From Candidatus Poribacteria bacterium (GTDB lineage Bacteria > Poribacteria > WGA-4E > JAJDTR01): a stretch of 64,000 bases of DNA. The stretch is from NCBI GenBank assembly GCA_965222225.1, contig CBDCTK010000002.1, positions 1,344,001 through 1,408,000 of the forward strand, given 5' to 3'. This document shows, piece after piece, positions 1 through 9,682 of this stretch (positions are counted from its first letter, which is position 1; each line of letters begins with the position of its first letter). A program made the translations under genes and the position numbers. The notes under the pieces are model-generated. The model was given only the letters and a program-made list of their open reading frames with translations. It did no database searches and was not told the DNA's origin.

Positions 1-382
1 TTAGTGCGCTCGCGATGTGCCTCATGCCGCAATTTTAGACTAGCACTACCGATTTCGTCAATGCGAATTTGAAATGGTTGGCAGGAACATTAGATCCGCG
101 TAGAGATTTTCTTGGCACGAGACACATTAAACCTCTTCTGTTAGCGATAATCTTTGTACAGGGTTGAATGTCTAAGGTTCGAATCTTGCGCGTTGGACAC
201 TTTATGCGCGCTGTAGTAAATCTCAACGCTGATAGCCAGATCCAAATGTTCGTGAGATGTTCTAATTTTAATGTAGACATCACGGTGTCTAATGGAGTAT
301 CATGGGAGCTTAGAAATAGATGATAAATTCCCTAGACCTATAATCTTGGAACGAAGGCAAGACGTACCGAACAAGAACAACT

Positions 383-1489
383 ATGGAGCACAAACCTACC
401 ATAACTCGACTACCTAGATTACTTTTGATAGGCATAGCCTTAATCACTCTCGCAACGGCTGAACTGTTCGTTGGAAAACTATTTGCGAAGACAACCAAAG
501 CCAGTCCGTCCAGTCAGAATCTCCTACCTTCGCAGTCCGAATATAAGGCTCTCCTTGAGCGTTTCTATGACGCGGTTTTCAACCTCCCGAATCTAATCGA
601 AGCCCGAAATCTTGTAGGTACTGACTACATCGATCACAACCCCATAAATCCCAAATCGGTATCTGGAATTGATGGGCTAAAATACACCTCGAAACTGTTT
701 CGAACCGGTTTCCCGGACATTAACATTCGCGTCGAAGATTTGATCATTGGTCGGAATAGAATAGTAGCTCGTATCAGAATACGGGGAACGCATCAGGGCG
801 AATTCATGGGAATCAAGCCTACCGGCAAGCAGATTGACATTGCGGCAATTGAAATTTACAGAATCGTTGGCGAGAAAATCAGTGAACGATGGGGAAATTT
901 GGATGGTATCGCGCTCCTTCAGCAATTGGACGTGGTTCAAATACAGAACGCGCCAGACGACGCCCTATCCGGGGATGGCGAAGAACTTGCCGAAGAGGAA
1001 CAGCAAAGCAAGGTCATTGAAAACCGGAATTTGACAGCCCTGAACGATTGGGAGCAACTTAAAGCCGCTTTCATGCACGAGATTGGACGTGTGCGCATTG
1101 TGGCGCTCCTGTCGCCAAACTGACCGCTATGTCGTCGGGGGGTCTCCGAAATTAAGAGAATCCTTAACAATTCTTCAGACGACTATCCGGCTGTCTATGT
1201 TGTCTGGCAACCCGTCCTTCGCAGTGACAACCGCGAGGCTGCAGAAAGACGTGCGGATGAGTTTGCCGACGATAGGATTCGTCACTTCTGGGACAAAGAG
1301 CGATTCACCGGAGAATTGTGGAAGCCCGTCCTTGGCGCGCGGGATATTCCCTGGGACGTTTATTTCTTGTATAACCCAGATGCCCAATGGGAGGACGTTC
1401 CCACGCCTCCAGATTTTTGGATGCGTCGAATGACCGAAGGAAAAATCCCGCGATTTTTGACAAAAGTAAGGGAAATCATAGGCAAATAA
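383..1489 (+). CDS. Putative selenoprotein: N-terminal signal/TM segment + SnoaL-like ester cyclase domain + C-terminal thioredoxin-fold domain with U-x-x-C motif (Sec at TGA 1121-1123); 368 aa if read through
   Basis: SnoaL motifs (GFPDINIRVEDLI, GTHQGEFMGIKPTGK, KISERW). The track ORF ends at TGA after RIVALLSPN, but the same frame continues PLCRRGVSEI...VYVVWQPVL...HFWD...WDVYFLY...PPDFWM to TAA at 1487-1489. Confidence 0.8.
1135..1149 (+). promoter_or_regulatory. Bacterial SECIS-like hairpin
   Basis: TCGGGG-GGT-CTCCGA stem-loop starts 11 nt after the TGA and has GGUC at its apex, as in the E. coli fdhF SECIS. Confidence 0.6.
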
Positions 1490-1653
1490 ATCCTCAGATA
1501 CTGTCGCTTTTGTCTTCAATCCCTGTCTAGCCGCGTATTCATCTGCATTCCTCTTTCACTCCATTGGTAGCAGGGCAAGTCATTACATGTCAGATCTTTC
1601 TTGTTCCCCCATTCTTCCAACCTTCTGCCCTTCCAACATTCCTTCCCTCCCGG

Positions 1654-2481
1654 CTAACCGAGAATTCTGAAAATTAATACCGCCAAGCCCAACGCAAAAC
1701 AGTAATACGAGAATCCTGAGATTTTTCCCCGATCGAGCACTGCAAGTAGGACGCGCAATGCAATATAGCCGACCAAGAATGATGTCAATGTGCCAACTAC
1801 GACAACCATCGGGTTAACTGAGATGCTCGCCACGTCCTTGAGTTTAAGCAAAACTGCGCCAAGGATTGCAGGAATGGAGAGAAGGAATGAAAATCGTCCT
1901 GCCTGTTTCGGAGAAATGCCTAAGAGTAGCGCCAAAGAGATTGTAGCGCCTGACCTTGAAATCCCGGGTGTGATGGCTAACGCCTGAGCTATTCCAATAA
2001 GCGGCGAATGCCAGAACCGCACGGGGCAATCCCCCTGGACTGTGCTCCGCCTGAGTCGCGGTAATTGTAGGATAACGCCTGTAGTTATCAACATTACCGC
2101 GACAATCGTCGGCTTGATGAAGAGCGCCTCAAGCTGCTGCTTAAAAGCAAGTGCGATTATTCCGGTGGGAACAGAGCCGAGTAGGATATACCAGATTAGC
2201 TTAAGGTCGGTCGATCCATTGATGGCGGAGATTGGCCGCCGGTAAAATCGAGGATTCGCGAGAGCCGAAAAGCTTGCTCCGGCAAGTTCCTGGATGGATT
2301 GTTTATACGCGATGACAACCGCACCGAGGGTGCCAAGATGTAGCATCACATCGAAAAATACTTGTGGCTCTTTCAAACCCAAAAAATGTTGCATCAACGC
2401 CAGATGCCCGGAACTACTCACCGGCAAGAATTCTGTTATCCCTTGTATAATGCCGAGTACAACTGCTTCAAGAATGGTCAT
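1654..2481 (-). CDS. uppP: Undecaprenyl-diphosphate phosphatase (BacA/UppP)
   Basis: GIIQGITEFLPVSSSGH and PGISRSGAT motifs; multi-pass hydrophobic. Confidence 0.95.
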   Translation of the reverse strand: MTILEAVVLGIIQGITEFLPVSSSGHLALMQHFLGLKEPQVFFDVMLHLGTLGAVVIAYKQSIQELAGASFSALANPRFYRRPISAINGSTDLKLIWYILLGSVPTGIIALAFKQQLEALFIKPTIVAVMLITTGVILQLPRLRRSTVQGDCPVRFWHSPLIGIAQALAITPGISRSGATISLALLLGISPKQAGRFSFLLSIPAILGAVLLKLKDVASISVNPMVVVVGTLTSFLVGYIALRVLLAVLDRGKISGFSYYCFALGLAVLIFRILG

Positions 2482-2509
2482 ATTGTTAGTTTATCGCACT
2501 GCGCTGGCC

Positions 2510-2603
2510 GAAACTGAGTTTTTTCGGTGTATCAACACAAGCTAGACAATACCCCGTCTTTATCTGCTAATTGCCCGTGACACGGGGACCAATACTCGGT
2601 TTC
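2510..2603. repeat. MITE-like element with terminal inverted repeats GAAACYGAGTTTT
   Basis: GAAACTGAGTTTT ... AATACTCGGTTTC, 94 bp; similar 95-bp element at 12645-12739. Confidence 0.45.
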
Positions 2604-2622
2604 ACCGGTACAAATTGATACC

Positions 2623-2672
2623 AAAAAAAACGCCCCGCGTAAACTGTTAATTGCTAGTTCAAGCGGGGCGTT
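2623..2672 (-). terminator. Rho-independent terminator
   Basis: AACGCCCCGC/GCGGGGCGTT stem followed by a T-run on the minus strand, just downstream of the 2697-5105 gene. Confidence 0.8.
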
Positions 2673-2696
2673 GGAGTTACGGGAAATTTACTTCGC

Positions 2697-5105
2697 TTAC
2701 TTAGAAATCAACATTTTGCGCGTAGCAGCAAAATCGTTGGTTTTCAGAGTATAGTAGTAGACACCTGATGCGACATGCTCGCCAGCACCGTTGCGCCCAT
2801 CCCAATACGCGGCGTTGGAGCGTGTCATGTAGAAGCCAGCCGGTTTCATTCCCAGATCGAGTGTACGTACAAGCTGACCGGACGCACTATAAATCTGAAT
2901 GGAAGCGAAACTAGACTCGCTGAGTTGGAACGGCATCCACGTCTCGGGATTGAACGGATTGGGGAAGTTTTGTGCCAGTCGCGTTTGCTCTGGATGCACA
3001 TCACCAACCACTAGTGACAGACGCAGGTAAGCCTGCCTGATGTCCGCAATATCAACCGTGTGCGTGAACGGACCTGATACGATATTTCCGCTGCCATCAA
3101 GCACCGTGATTTCCAGCTGATCGCCAGCCTCTATGACACTATTCCGATTGAGATCTGCCCAGACAGCAGCGGAGCGTGTCTTGCTCGTTGAGATTGGCTC
3201 GGTTGCAACTGCACCGGTGCGCAGGTTCTTGGCTACCAAAGTGTAGTTCGTTTGTGGATCGGCATTTTGCAAACTACCACTTACAACAAATGCCCACGCA
3301 TCCCTGAAGGGGTTGATACCCGGCGCTGCGGCGACTTGCTGGTTGTCCCACGCGGTTCCTGTGAAGGCAACGGAACCGCCATCGGGTGTGTTGACGATGT
3401 AGCCTTTGCCGCCTTCGATAGCAAACCCATCACCGCCTTCACCTGTCGTGAAGCCGACAAATTTCTGACTCGCCGCGTCAAGTTTAATGACGACGGTAGC
3501 GCCTACTGCCTCTGCAAACGTTTGGGCTGTGAACGGCGCTTCCGGCATCAGCGGCAGAGAAATCATGTTCAGCCCTTCATCAAGCATCATGGCGAAGGTC
3601 GCCATCTCTTCCTCGGGCGGGGCAACATACGGTGCGACGCTCAATCGAGCAACCGGCTCCATCCAGCCGAATTCCATGCCAACATCAGCGTTACCCGTGA
3701 TACCCGGGTGTGCCATGATAACGCCACCTTCGACAGCTTGCTCACTCCCGCCGAACGGAGGACCAGGAACATGCGTGGCAAGTTCGTTATTCTCTTCCGT
3801 GCCAGCATCATACGTCATGATGTCCATGGTAAAGGTGCGCGGCGCTCCAGCTTCGTCAAAAAGCGAGAGGCTATTACCAGCAACAAGCGCATCATTCGTT
3901 TGGACTAGCATAGAAGCAAACGAAAGCAGCCATCCATCCATGCCTCCATCAATCATTACACTAGTAGATGCGCCTGGAAGCAACACACCTTCAGCAGACT
4001 GAACATCTTTGACCCCTTCTGTGCCCATAGCGAGGGCGGAAAGCGGTGCATTATCGCCCATTTCGGCGATATCACGCAATTCCTCGGAGGCAGCCGTACC
4101 AGCTTCAACAAAACTTACACTGCTGGTATGGGTGATGAACAGTGCTGGGGAGAAAATCTGTCCGCTTTCCGTGGGAGTGCCGACAGTGAGGTTTTCGAGC
4201 GTTACCGTAAAGGTCTGGTCGGCTTCAATTGGTGGGGCTGCGGCAGATTCTTCGGTGGGCATTTCGTCAATCAGCGTTTCATCGACTGGTGTCTCATCGA
4301 CTGGTGTCTCATCGACTGGTGTCTCATCGACTGGTGTCTCATCGACTGGTGTCTCATCGACTGGTGTCTCATCGACTGGTGTCTCATCGACTGGTGTCTC
4401 GTCAACCGGTGTTTCATCGACTAGAGTCTCATCAACTGGTGTTTCGTCAACCGGCGTTTCATCGACTGGAGTCTCGTCAACCGGTGTTTCATCGACTAGA
4501 GTCTCATCAACCGGTGTTTCGTCGACTAGAGTCTCATCAACTGGTGTTTCGTCAACCGGTGCTGCTGGAGCGGAGACCATGCCGTCTGTTGTTGTTACGG
4601 CTAGAAGTGTCTGTAAAGAAGCGTCAGCAGGATCCGGAATTTGCACCTTCGCGATTTGCAGCGATGAATCTTTAGCCTCAACTACTTCGAATGTTATGGT
4701 TACCAGCGTACCCATATCTCCACCCTCTCCGGCGAGAGAAAGTGATGCCATACGGATGGTAGCAAGGCCGGTGTCGGGATTCGTCTCGATTTCATCGGCA
4801 TTTGGCGGAACAGGAAATGCGCCGGGTAGATAATCGCTGAATTCCACTCCAACATACGAAAGCGCAGTTGGATCAAATAGCACATCAAACTGATAAGCTT
4901 TGATACCCGCGGCGGCGCTAATGTTGACATCAACAGTAAGTTGTTCGCCCGCCGCTGGGGATTCAATTGCTGCCGGATCGATTGAAAGAACCGCTTCACC
5001 GTACGTTGTGCCCTGAAGAGCAAACAACATCATAAAAACGGTGACAAAAGAGAATAACGACCCTCGGTTAACTATCTGGCTCTTCATCAAAAATACACCT
5101 TTCAT
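2697..5105 (-). CDS. Secreted modular protein: cohesin domain, acidic VDETP tandem linker, spondin_N-like domain, FlgD-Ig/T9SS-type C-terminal domain
   Basis: Signal peptide; YQFDVLFDPTALSY...GTLVTITFEV (cohesin); FSPALFITH...SMLVQTNDA...YDAGTEEN (spondin_N); NFPNPFNPETW...YWDGRN...ASGVYYY. Confidence 0.8.
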   Translation of the reverse strand: MKGVFLMKSQIVNRGSLFSFVTVFMMLFALQGTTYGEAVLSIDPAAIESPAAGEQLTVDVNISAAAGIKAYQFDVLFDPTALSYVGVEFSDYLPGAFPVPPNADEIETNPDTGLATIRMASLSLAGEGGDMGTLVTITFEVVEAKDSSLQIAKVQIPDPADASLQTLLAVTTTDGMVSAPAAPVDETPVDETLVDETPVDETLVDETPVDETPVDETPVDETPVDETLVDETPVDETPVDETPVDETPVDETPVDETPVDETPVDETPVDETPVDETLIDEMPTEESAAAPPIEADQTFTVTLENLTVGTPTESGQIFSPALFITHTSSVSFVEAGTAASEELRDIAEMGDNAPLSALAMGTEGVKDVQSAEGVLLPGASTSVMIDGGMDGWLLSFASMLVQTNDALVAGNSLSLFDEAGAPRTFTMDIMTYDAGTEENNELATHVPGPPFGGSEQAVEGGVIMAHPGITGNADVGMEFGWMEPVARLSVAPYVAPPEEEMATFAMMLDEGLNMISLPLMPEAPFTAQTFAEAVGATVVIKLDAASQKFVGFTTGEGGDGFAIEGGKGYIVNTPDGGSVAFTGTAWDNQQVAAAPGINPFRDAWAFVVSGSLQNADPQTNYTLVAKNLRTGAVATEPISTSKTRSAAVWADLNRNSVIEAGDQLEITVLDGSGNIVSGPFTHTVDIADIRQAYLRLSLVVGDVHPEQTRLAQNFPNPFNPETWMPFQLSESSFASIQIYSASGQLVRTLDLGMKPAGFYMTRSNAAYWDGRNGAGEHVASGVYYYTLKTNDFAATRKMLISK
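4257..4556 (-). repeat. Coding 15-bp tandem repeat, 19 x VDET[P/L] plus one degenerate IDEMP
   Basis: Unit GTCGATGAGACACCA; contiguous and in frame. Confidence 0.95.
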
Positions 5106-5527
5106 AATATGTTTGTCATATGTTTGTCATTTCAAGAAATGCGGTAGTGAAAATATCAATTCAAGAAATGGCAGTGGATTTCCAAAACGTGTTACGAGAT
5201 CAGCACATAACACGACGATCTTCTATTGTACCCAAAATCTATTGTGGGATGCCTAAATATAAAGATATGACATTATAACTCATGTGAACAACCTTTATCA
5301 ATAGGTTTTTTTGACCAATTGATTGAAATCTGTGGATTACTTTAGCGACGCCGCCAATCACGGGCGTTCCATTTCACGCGGAGAATAAAATTTGTCGCGG
5401 ACTTGATAGTCTTGGACAGACTTCTCTCTATAAACGGTCCCTGGACTTTATCTGTTTTCGCGTTTTAGGCATCGTTTCGTCCCACTCTTCCGTCCTCCAT
5501 GCTTCCAATCTTCCACTTTGAAACCAA

Positions 5528-5556
5528 TTGCACTTTTTCGATATGAATGCTACAAT
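5528..5556 (+). promoter_or_regulatory. Sigma70-type promoter upstream of rsmI
   Basis: TTGCAC-17 nt-TACAAT. Confidence 0.55.
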
Positions 5557-5606
5557 ACATAATGTCTTGCTAACAATGCTTCCCATTGTTCTCTCATTCG
5601 CCCTCA

Positions 5607-6317
5607 ATGAAAATGCCAGTAACCGCTGCCGACAATCAAGAAATTGGTGTGCTATACATTGTGAGCACCCCAATCGGCAATTTGGAAGATATTACCCTGC
5701 GCGCAATTCGAATTCTCAATGAAGTGGCCCTGATCGCCGCAGAGGATACCCGTCGCACACGCCAGTTACTCAACCACTATGATATCCACACGCCGCTTAC
5801 AAGCTACTTTGATGGAAACCAGGAGCGCAAAGGTGAAAAACTACTCGCGCGATTAAAGGCGGGGCAATCGATTGCCTTGGTCTCGGAAGCCGGGACACCA
5901 ACGATTTCCGACCCAGGACACAGGCTCGTCGTTCAATGCATTGATGCGAAAATTCAAATCACGCCCATTCCGGGGGCAACCGCATGCATTACGGCGGCTT
6001 CAGTAGCTGGACTGCCGTTAAACGCTTTTGTCTTTGAAGGCTTCCTCTCCCCAAAGTCCGGGAAACGAATGAGACAATTCACTGAAGTGCGCGAAGAAAA
6101 ACGGACGCTCATCTTCTACGAATCTCCCCACCGGCTCATGTTCTTCCTCCAGGATGCTATAAAAATTCTAGGGGATCGTCACATCGTCGTTGCACGCGAA
6201 TTGACAAAAAAGTTCGAAGAGATTTTCCGGGGTCTTGTAAGCGAGGCAATACGGAAATTCCAAGCTTCACCTCCGCGCGGAGAGTTTACCATCCTAATTG
6301 AGGGCAATAGGAATTGA
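5607..6317 (+). CDS. rsmI: 16S rRNA (cytidine1402-2'-O)-methyltransferase
   Basis: LYIVSTPIGNLEDITLRA, AEDTR, SEAGTPTISDPG, FYESPHR, RELTKKFEE. ATG at 5607 or 5613 preferred over the TTG at 5586. Confidence 0.95.
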   Translation: MKMPVTAADNQEIGVLYIVSTPIGNLEDITLRAIRILNEVALIAAEDTRRTRQLLNHYDIHTPLTSYFDGNQERKGEKLLARLKAGQSIALVSEAGTPTISDPGHRLVVQCIDAKIQITPIPGATACITAASVAGLPLNAFVFEGFLSPKSGKRMRQFTEVREEKRTLIFYESPHRLMFFLQDAIKILGDRHIVVARELTKKFEEIFRGLVSEAIRKFQASPPRGEFTILIEGNRN

Positions 6318-6398
6318 CTTGGTAAGAAACGGTACAGATAGAAAAACCGGACGTAAAAACAAACTCAACCCCCCACATACTGGAGAGAAAAACAGCTT

Positions 6399-8036
6399 TT
6401 GCAATCCCCACACGGTATTAGATCCGAAGCGTTTCGGGCACCAGTAATGGCAAAGAACGGCATGGTTACATCGGCGCATCCGATCGCCTCGCAAGCAGGA
6501 ATCCAAGCCATGATGGCAGGCGGAAATGCAGTCGATGGAGCAATCGCGACTGCGGCTGCCCTTGGCGTCGTTGACCCGGCGAATTCTGGAACGGGCGGCG
6601 ACGGATTTATCATGGTCTACTGGGCCGAATCTGACTCGGTGACATGTGTCAATGCAACAGGGCCAGCGCCCTACGCAGCCACCCGCGAAGTGTATCTCAA
6701 AGATGGTGGGATTCCCATGAGAGGCATTCGGAGCGTTTCCTTGCCCGGAATTGTCGATGGTTGGCTGATAGCGCACGGCCGTTACGGTGCATTGAAACTC
6801 GATCAGGTTTTCGATCCGGCAATTTCGCTCTGCGAAAACGGCTTTCCCGTTGGCGAGAATCTCGCGGCTGGACTCAGAGGCGTAACACCACTCTTTAATG
6901 AGAACCCATATTCGCGAGCCGCGTTCACCAATAACGGCAACCCCATCGGCATAGGGCAGATGCTGTACAACAAAAATCTCGCTAACACGTTAAGAAAAAT
7001 CGCTGCCGAAGGACGTGAATCTTTCTATGAAGGCGCAATCGCACGCGAAATTGTAAAGTTTAGCGAGGCATGCGATGGGCTTTTTACAGAGAAGGATTTC
7101 GCTGACTATCACGGACATTGGGACGATCCCATCCATATTAATTATCGCGGCTACGAAGTTTACGAAATGCCTCCTAATTCTAGCGGACACATCCTTCTCC
7201 AAGAGCTAAACATTGTCGAGTTGTTCGATCTCGTATCGTTGGGACATAACACAACGGAATGCGTTCATCTGATGGTCGAAGCGAAGAAACTCGGTTTTGC
7301 GGACCGGGAAAAATTCATGGCGGACCCGAACTGGGTTGACGTTCCGATTGAGGGACTGCTGTCGAAAGAATACGCTGCCGCACAGGCGAAACGCATCGAC
7401 CCCCACCGAGCAGCCGTGGATGTGCCTGCTGGCGGGCCGGAACTGTTTGGAGATACAACCTGCTTCTGTGTCGCGGATCGCTGGGGCAATGTCGTTTCTA
7501 TGCTACAGAGCATCCAGATGGGATTTGGCTCCGGCTTAATCGCCGGCGATACTGGGGTTTTGCTTAACGATCGCATGACCTATTGGCACTTAGAGGAAGA
7601 CCATCCAAACTGCCTCATGCCGGGGAAACGCGTCCGTCACACGATGAACCCTGTCATTGTAACTCAAAGTAACAAAGCGTTTCTCGCGTGTGGCACACCG
7701 GGAGCGGATACACAAGTACAAACCAACCTCCAACTCATTACCAACATTATCGACTTTGGGATGAATGCTCAAGAAGCTGTGGAAGCGCCTCGCTGGCGCA
7801 GTCTGCAAAACCCGATGGAGTCGACAGTGCCGCACACCTGCTCAAATAACCTACAGTTGGAAAATCGATTTCCTGAAGAGGTACGTGAAGGCCTCAAGCG
7901 AAAAGGGCATGAACTTGAGGTTTTGGGTGACTGGCACGGTCCCGGTAACGCACAAGTCATTATCCGTCATCCCGAATCGGGTGCGCTCATCGGAGGATCA
8001 GATCCACGAGTGAACGGGTACGCCATCGGCTGGTGA
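6399..8036 (+). CDS. ggt: Gamma-glutamyltransferase family protein
   Basis: GGNAVDGAIA, GTGGDGF, DTT autoprocessing site, PGKRVRHTMNP, GTPGADTQ, GGSDPR. Confidence 0.9.
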   Translation: MQSPHGIRSEAFRAPVMAKNGMVTSAHPIASQAGIQAMMAGGNAVDGAIATAAALGVVDPANSGTGGDGFIMVYWAESDSVTCVNATGPAPYAATREVYLKDGGIPMRGIRSVSLPGIVDGWLIAHGRYGALKLDQVFDPAISLCENGFPVGENLAAGLRGVTPLFNENPYSRAAFTNNGNPIGIGQMLYNKNLANTLRKIAAEGRESFYEGAIAREIVKFSEACDGLFTEKDFADYHGHWDDPIHINYRGYEVYEMPPNSSGHILLQELNIVELFDLVSLGHNTTECVHLMVEAKKLGFADREKFMADPNWVDVPIEGLLSKEYAAAQAKRIDPHRAAVDVPAGGPELFGDTTCFCVADRWGNVVSMLQSIQMGFGSGLIAGDTGVLLNDRMTYWHLEEDHPNCLMPGKRVRHTMNPVIVTQSNKAFLACGTPGADTQVQTNLQLITNIIDFGMNAQEAVEAPRWRSLQNPMESTVPHTCSNNLQLENRFPEEVREGLKRKGHELEVLGDWHGPGNAQVIIRHPESGALIGGSDPRVNGYAIGW

Positions 8037-8070
8037 GGTAATGGCACACCTCATCAAACAAGCGGACCAC

Positions 8071-8970
8071 TCACTTGGCAATGCGGAATCCAAGCACAAA
8101 CTCCGCATAGTCTTTGCTGAAGAAATCAAAACTGATGCAAGTACTGTGGTCGTGGTTGTAGTACCAGGCGCCGCCGCAGACCACTCGGAAATCCGGGGCA
8201 TCGTCATCATACGGCGTGCTCGTCCATTCCCACACATTTCCGAGCATGTCGTAACAGCCGAAAGGACTGGTGCCATCGGGAAATGCGCCCACGGGTGTTG
8301 TATCTCCGGCACGGAGTTCTGCTGTATTGCAGCGCGGTTTGTCAACCTCATATCCCCATGGGAACAAACGGTCATCATCCCCGCGCACTGCACGCTGCCA
8401 CTCCTCAAAGCAAGGCAAACGACCTCCTGCCCAACTCGCGTAATTCTCCGCGTCTTCGGCATTGACCCATGTGACCGGGTGATCCCCCCGTCTCTCCGGG
8501 TATGTGCTTGCTTCCCATCCCTTCGGTGTGCGATACCCGGTCTCCTGAACGAATCGATGATATTGAGCGTTCGTTACCGGATATCGCCCTATCTGGAATT
8601 CATCCACCTGAACCGGTTCCAAATCTACACCGACTAACACTTCGCCAGCTGGAACATCTACCATGCTGTGCAATATTCGCAAAGCGGCTTTGCGGATTCC
8701 CACATCCTCATGGTCGAGTGCATATCCCAATGGCGATGACACTGATTCAACGGGTGGGGTCAGCGCTCTTGGCGTATGCTCCCAATTCAGTTCTTCTCTC
8801 AGTAGGAGGCGGGCAATTTCTGCCAGAGATTCGTCGAAATGCCAGGTCCAGTATTGATTCAAAAGTTGCTGTAGGGAGTTCGGGTCGCTGCGTTGCGCAA
8901 GATTCACTCGCTTTTCCTGTCGATTATCCCATTCCTGCCCATCCAGCTTCTTCAGTTTGATTACCTGCAT
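8071..8970 (-). CDS. FGE-sulfatase (SUMF1/EgtB/PvdO) domain protein with helical N-terminal extension
   Basis: YPVTNAQY, HPVTWV, RLPCFEEW, DMLGNVWEW, LGFR. Confidence 0.85.
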   Translation of the reverse strand: MQVIKLKKLDGQEWDNRQEKRVNLAQRSDPNSLQQLLNQYWTWHFDESLAEIARLLLREELNWEHTPRALTPPVESVSSPLGYALDHEDVGIRKAALRILHSMVDVPAGEVLVGVDLEPVQVDEFQIGRYPVTNAQYHRFVQETGYRTPKGWEASTYPERRGDHPVTWVNAEDAENYASWAGGRLPCFEEWQRAVRGDDDRLFPWGYEVDKPRCNTAELRAGDTTPVGAFPDGTSPFGCYDMLGNVWEWTSTPYDDDAPDFRVVCGGAWYYNHDHSTCISFDFFSKDYAEFVLGFRIAK

Positions 8971-9029
8971 CCGTCAAACCTAGGACATCTCCGCGAGCAA
9001 CGCGACGCTTGAGACGTGAAACAGCCATT

Positions 9030-9050
9030 GTAGGGTGGGCACCGCCCACC
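9030..9050 (+). repeat. GTAG-type REP element
   Basis: GTAG + GGTGGGC-ACC-GCCCACC hairpin; near-identical copies at 12966 and 16151. Confidence 0.75.
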
Positions 9051-9129
9051 ATCTTCTTTCAATCTTCCATTCCCCTGACCGGTTTTGCTTCCGCATAATG
9101 CCAGATACGTGAAATTCAAGAATAGCCGA

Positions 9130-9531
9130 TTAATCTACCGGCAATCCCACCGACGCGTGAATCTGAACAAACCTCCAGCGCTCGTCCTCCTTCTCTAGCA
9201 CCCCCGTCATGCGCATCGCTAATTCCTCGCGAACCCCACACCACTTGAGGCGCCAGCGCTGTCGCGTATAAAACCATGCGACGCTATCGCGCTCCTGCAC
9301 ATCAAGACTTTCAAAGCTAATGGAGAAATCCTCCGCGCTTGCCGCATGATGGCGATAGTATTCAAGCGCGTTCTCTCCGCCCTCAATCACCTCATTCACA
9401 TCTGTCCCGATTTTCACGAAGGATTCCGCGGCAGACATCATTCCCGTCAGACGTTCGACATCCCCTGACACTAGGGCATCAAAGTATTCCGTGACGGTAC
9501 GATACGCGTCGGTGAGTTTCGTAGAGGGCAT
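9130..9531 (-). CDS. NTF2-like/SnoaL-like domain protein
   Basis: YFDALVSGD, IGTD, RMTGVLEK...WRFVQIHAS. Confidence 0.8.
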   Translation of the reverse strand: MPSTKLTDAYRTVTEYFDALVSGDVERLTGMMSAAESFVKIGTDVNEVIEGGENALEYYRHHAASAEDFSISFESLDVQERDSVAWFYTRQRWRLKWCGVREELAMRMTGVLEKEDERWRFVQIHASVGLPVD

Positions 9532-9682
9532 AATGTCTTGACGAGGGGTAAAACTACAAAGAGGATGCCTTTACGCGTGTCTTCAATTCTGAGGCATTGG
9601 AGCAGATGGGGTGCAGAAGAAGGGAAGGCAGGCACTAGCGCACCCTGCGATTTTGCCATTCCCTTTGCTGATAGTCGAGAGG

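Noticed and set aside
4257-4556. Possible CRISPR array
   Set aside because: Units are contiguous 15-mers without spacers, in frame inside a CDS, and there are no cas genes. The overlapping + strand ORFs are shadows of the repeat.
8041-8637. 198-aa + strand ORF and other long antisense ORFs (e.g. 21814-22572, 13107-13643)
   Set aside because: They are fully antisense to well-supported genes and lack motifs.
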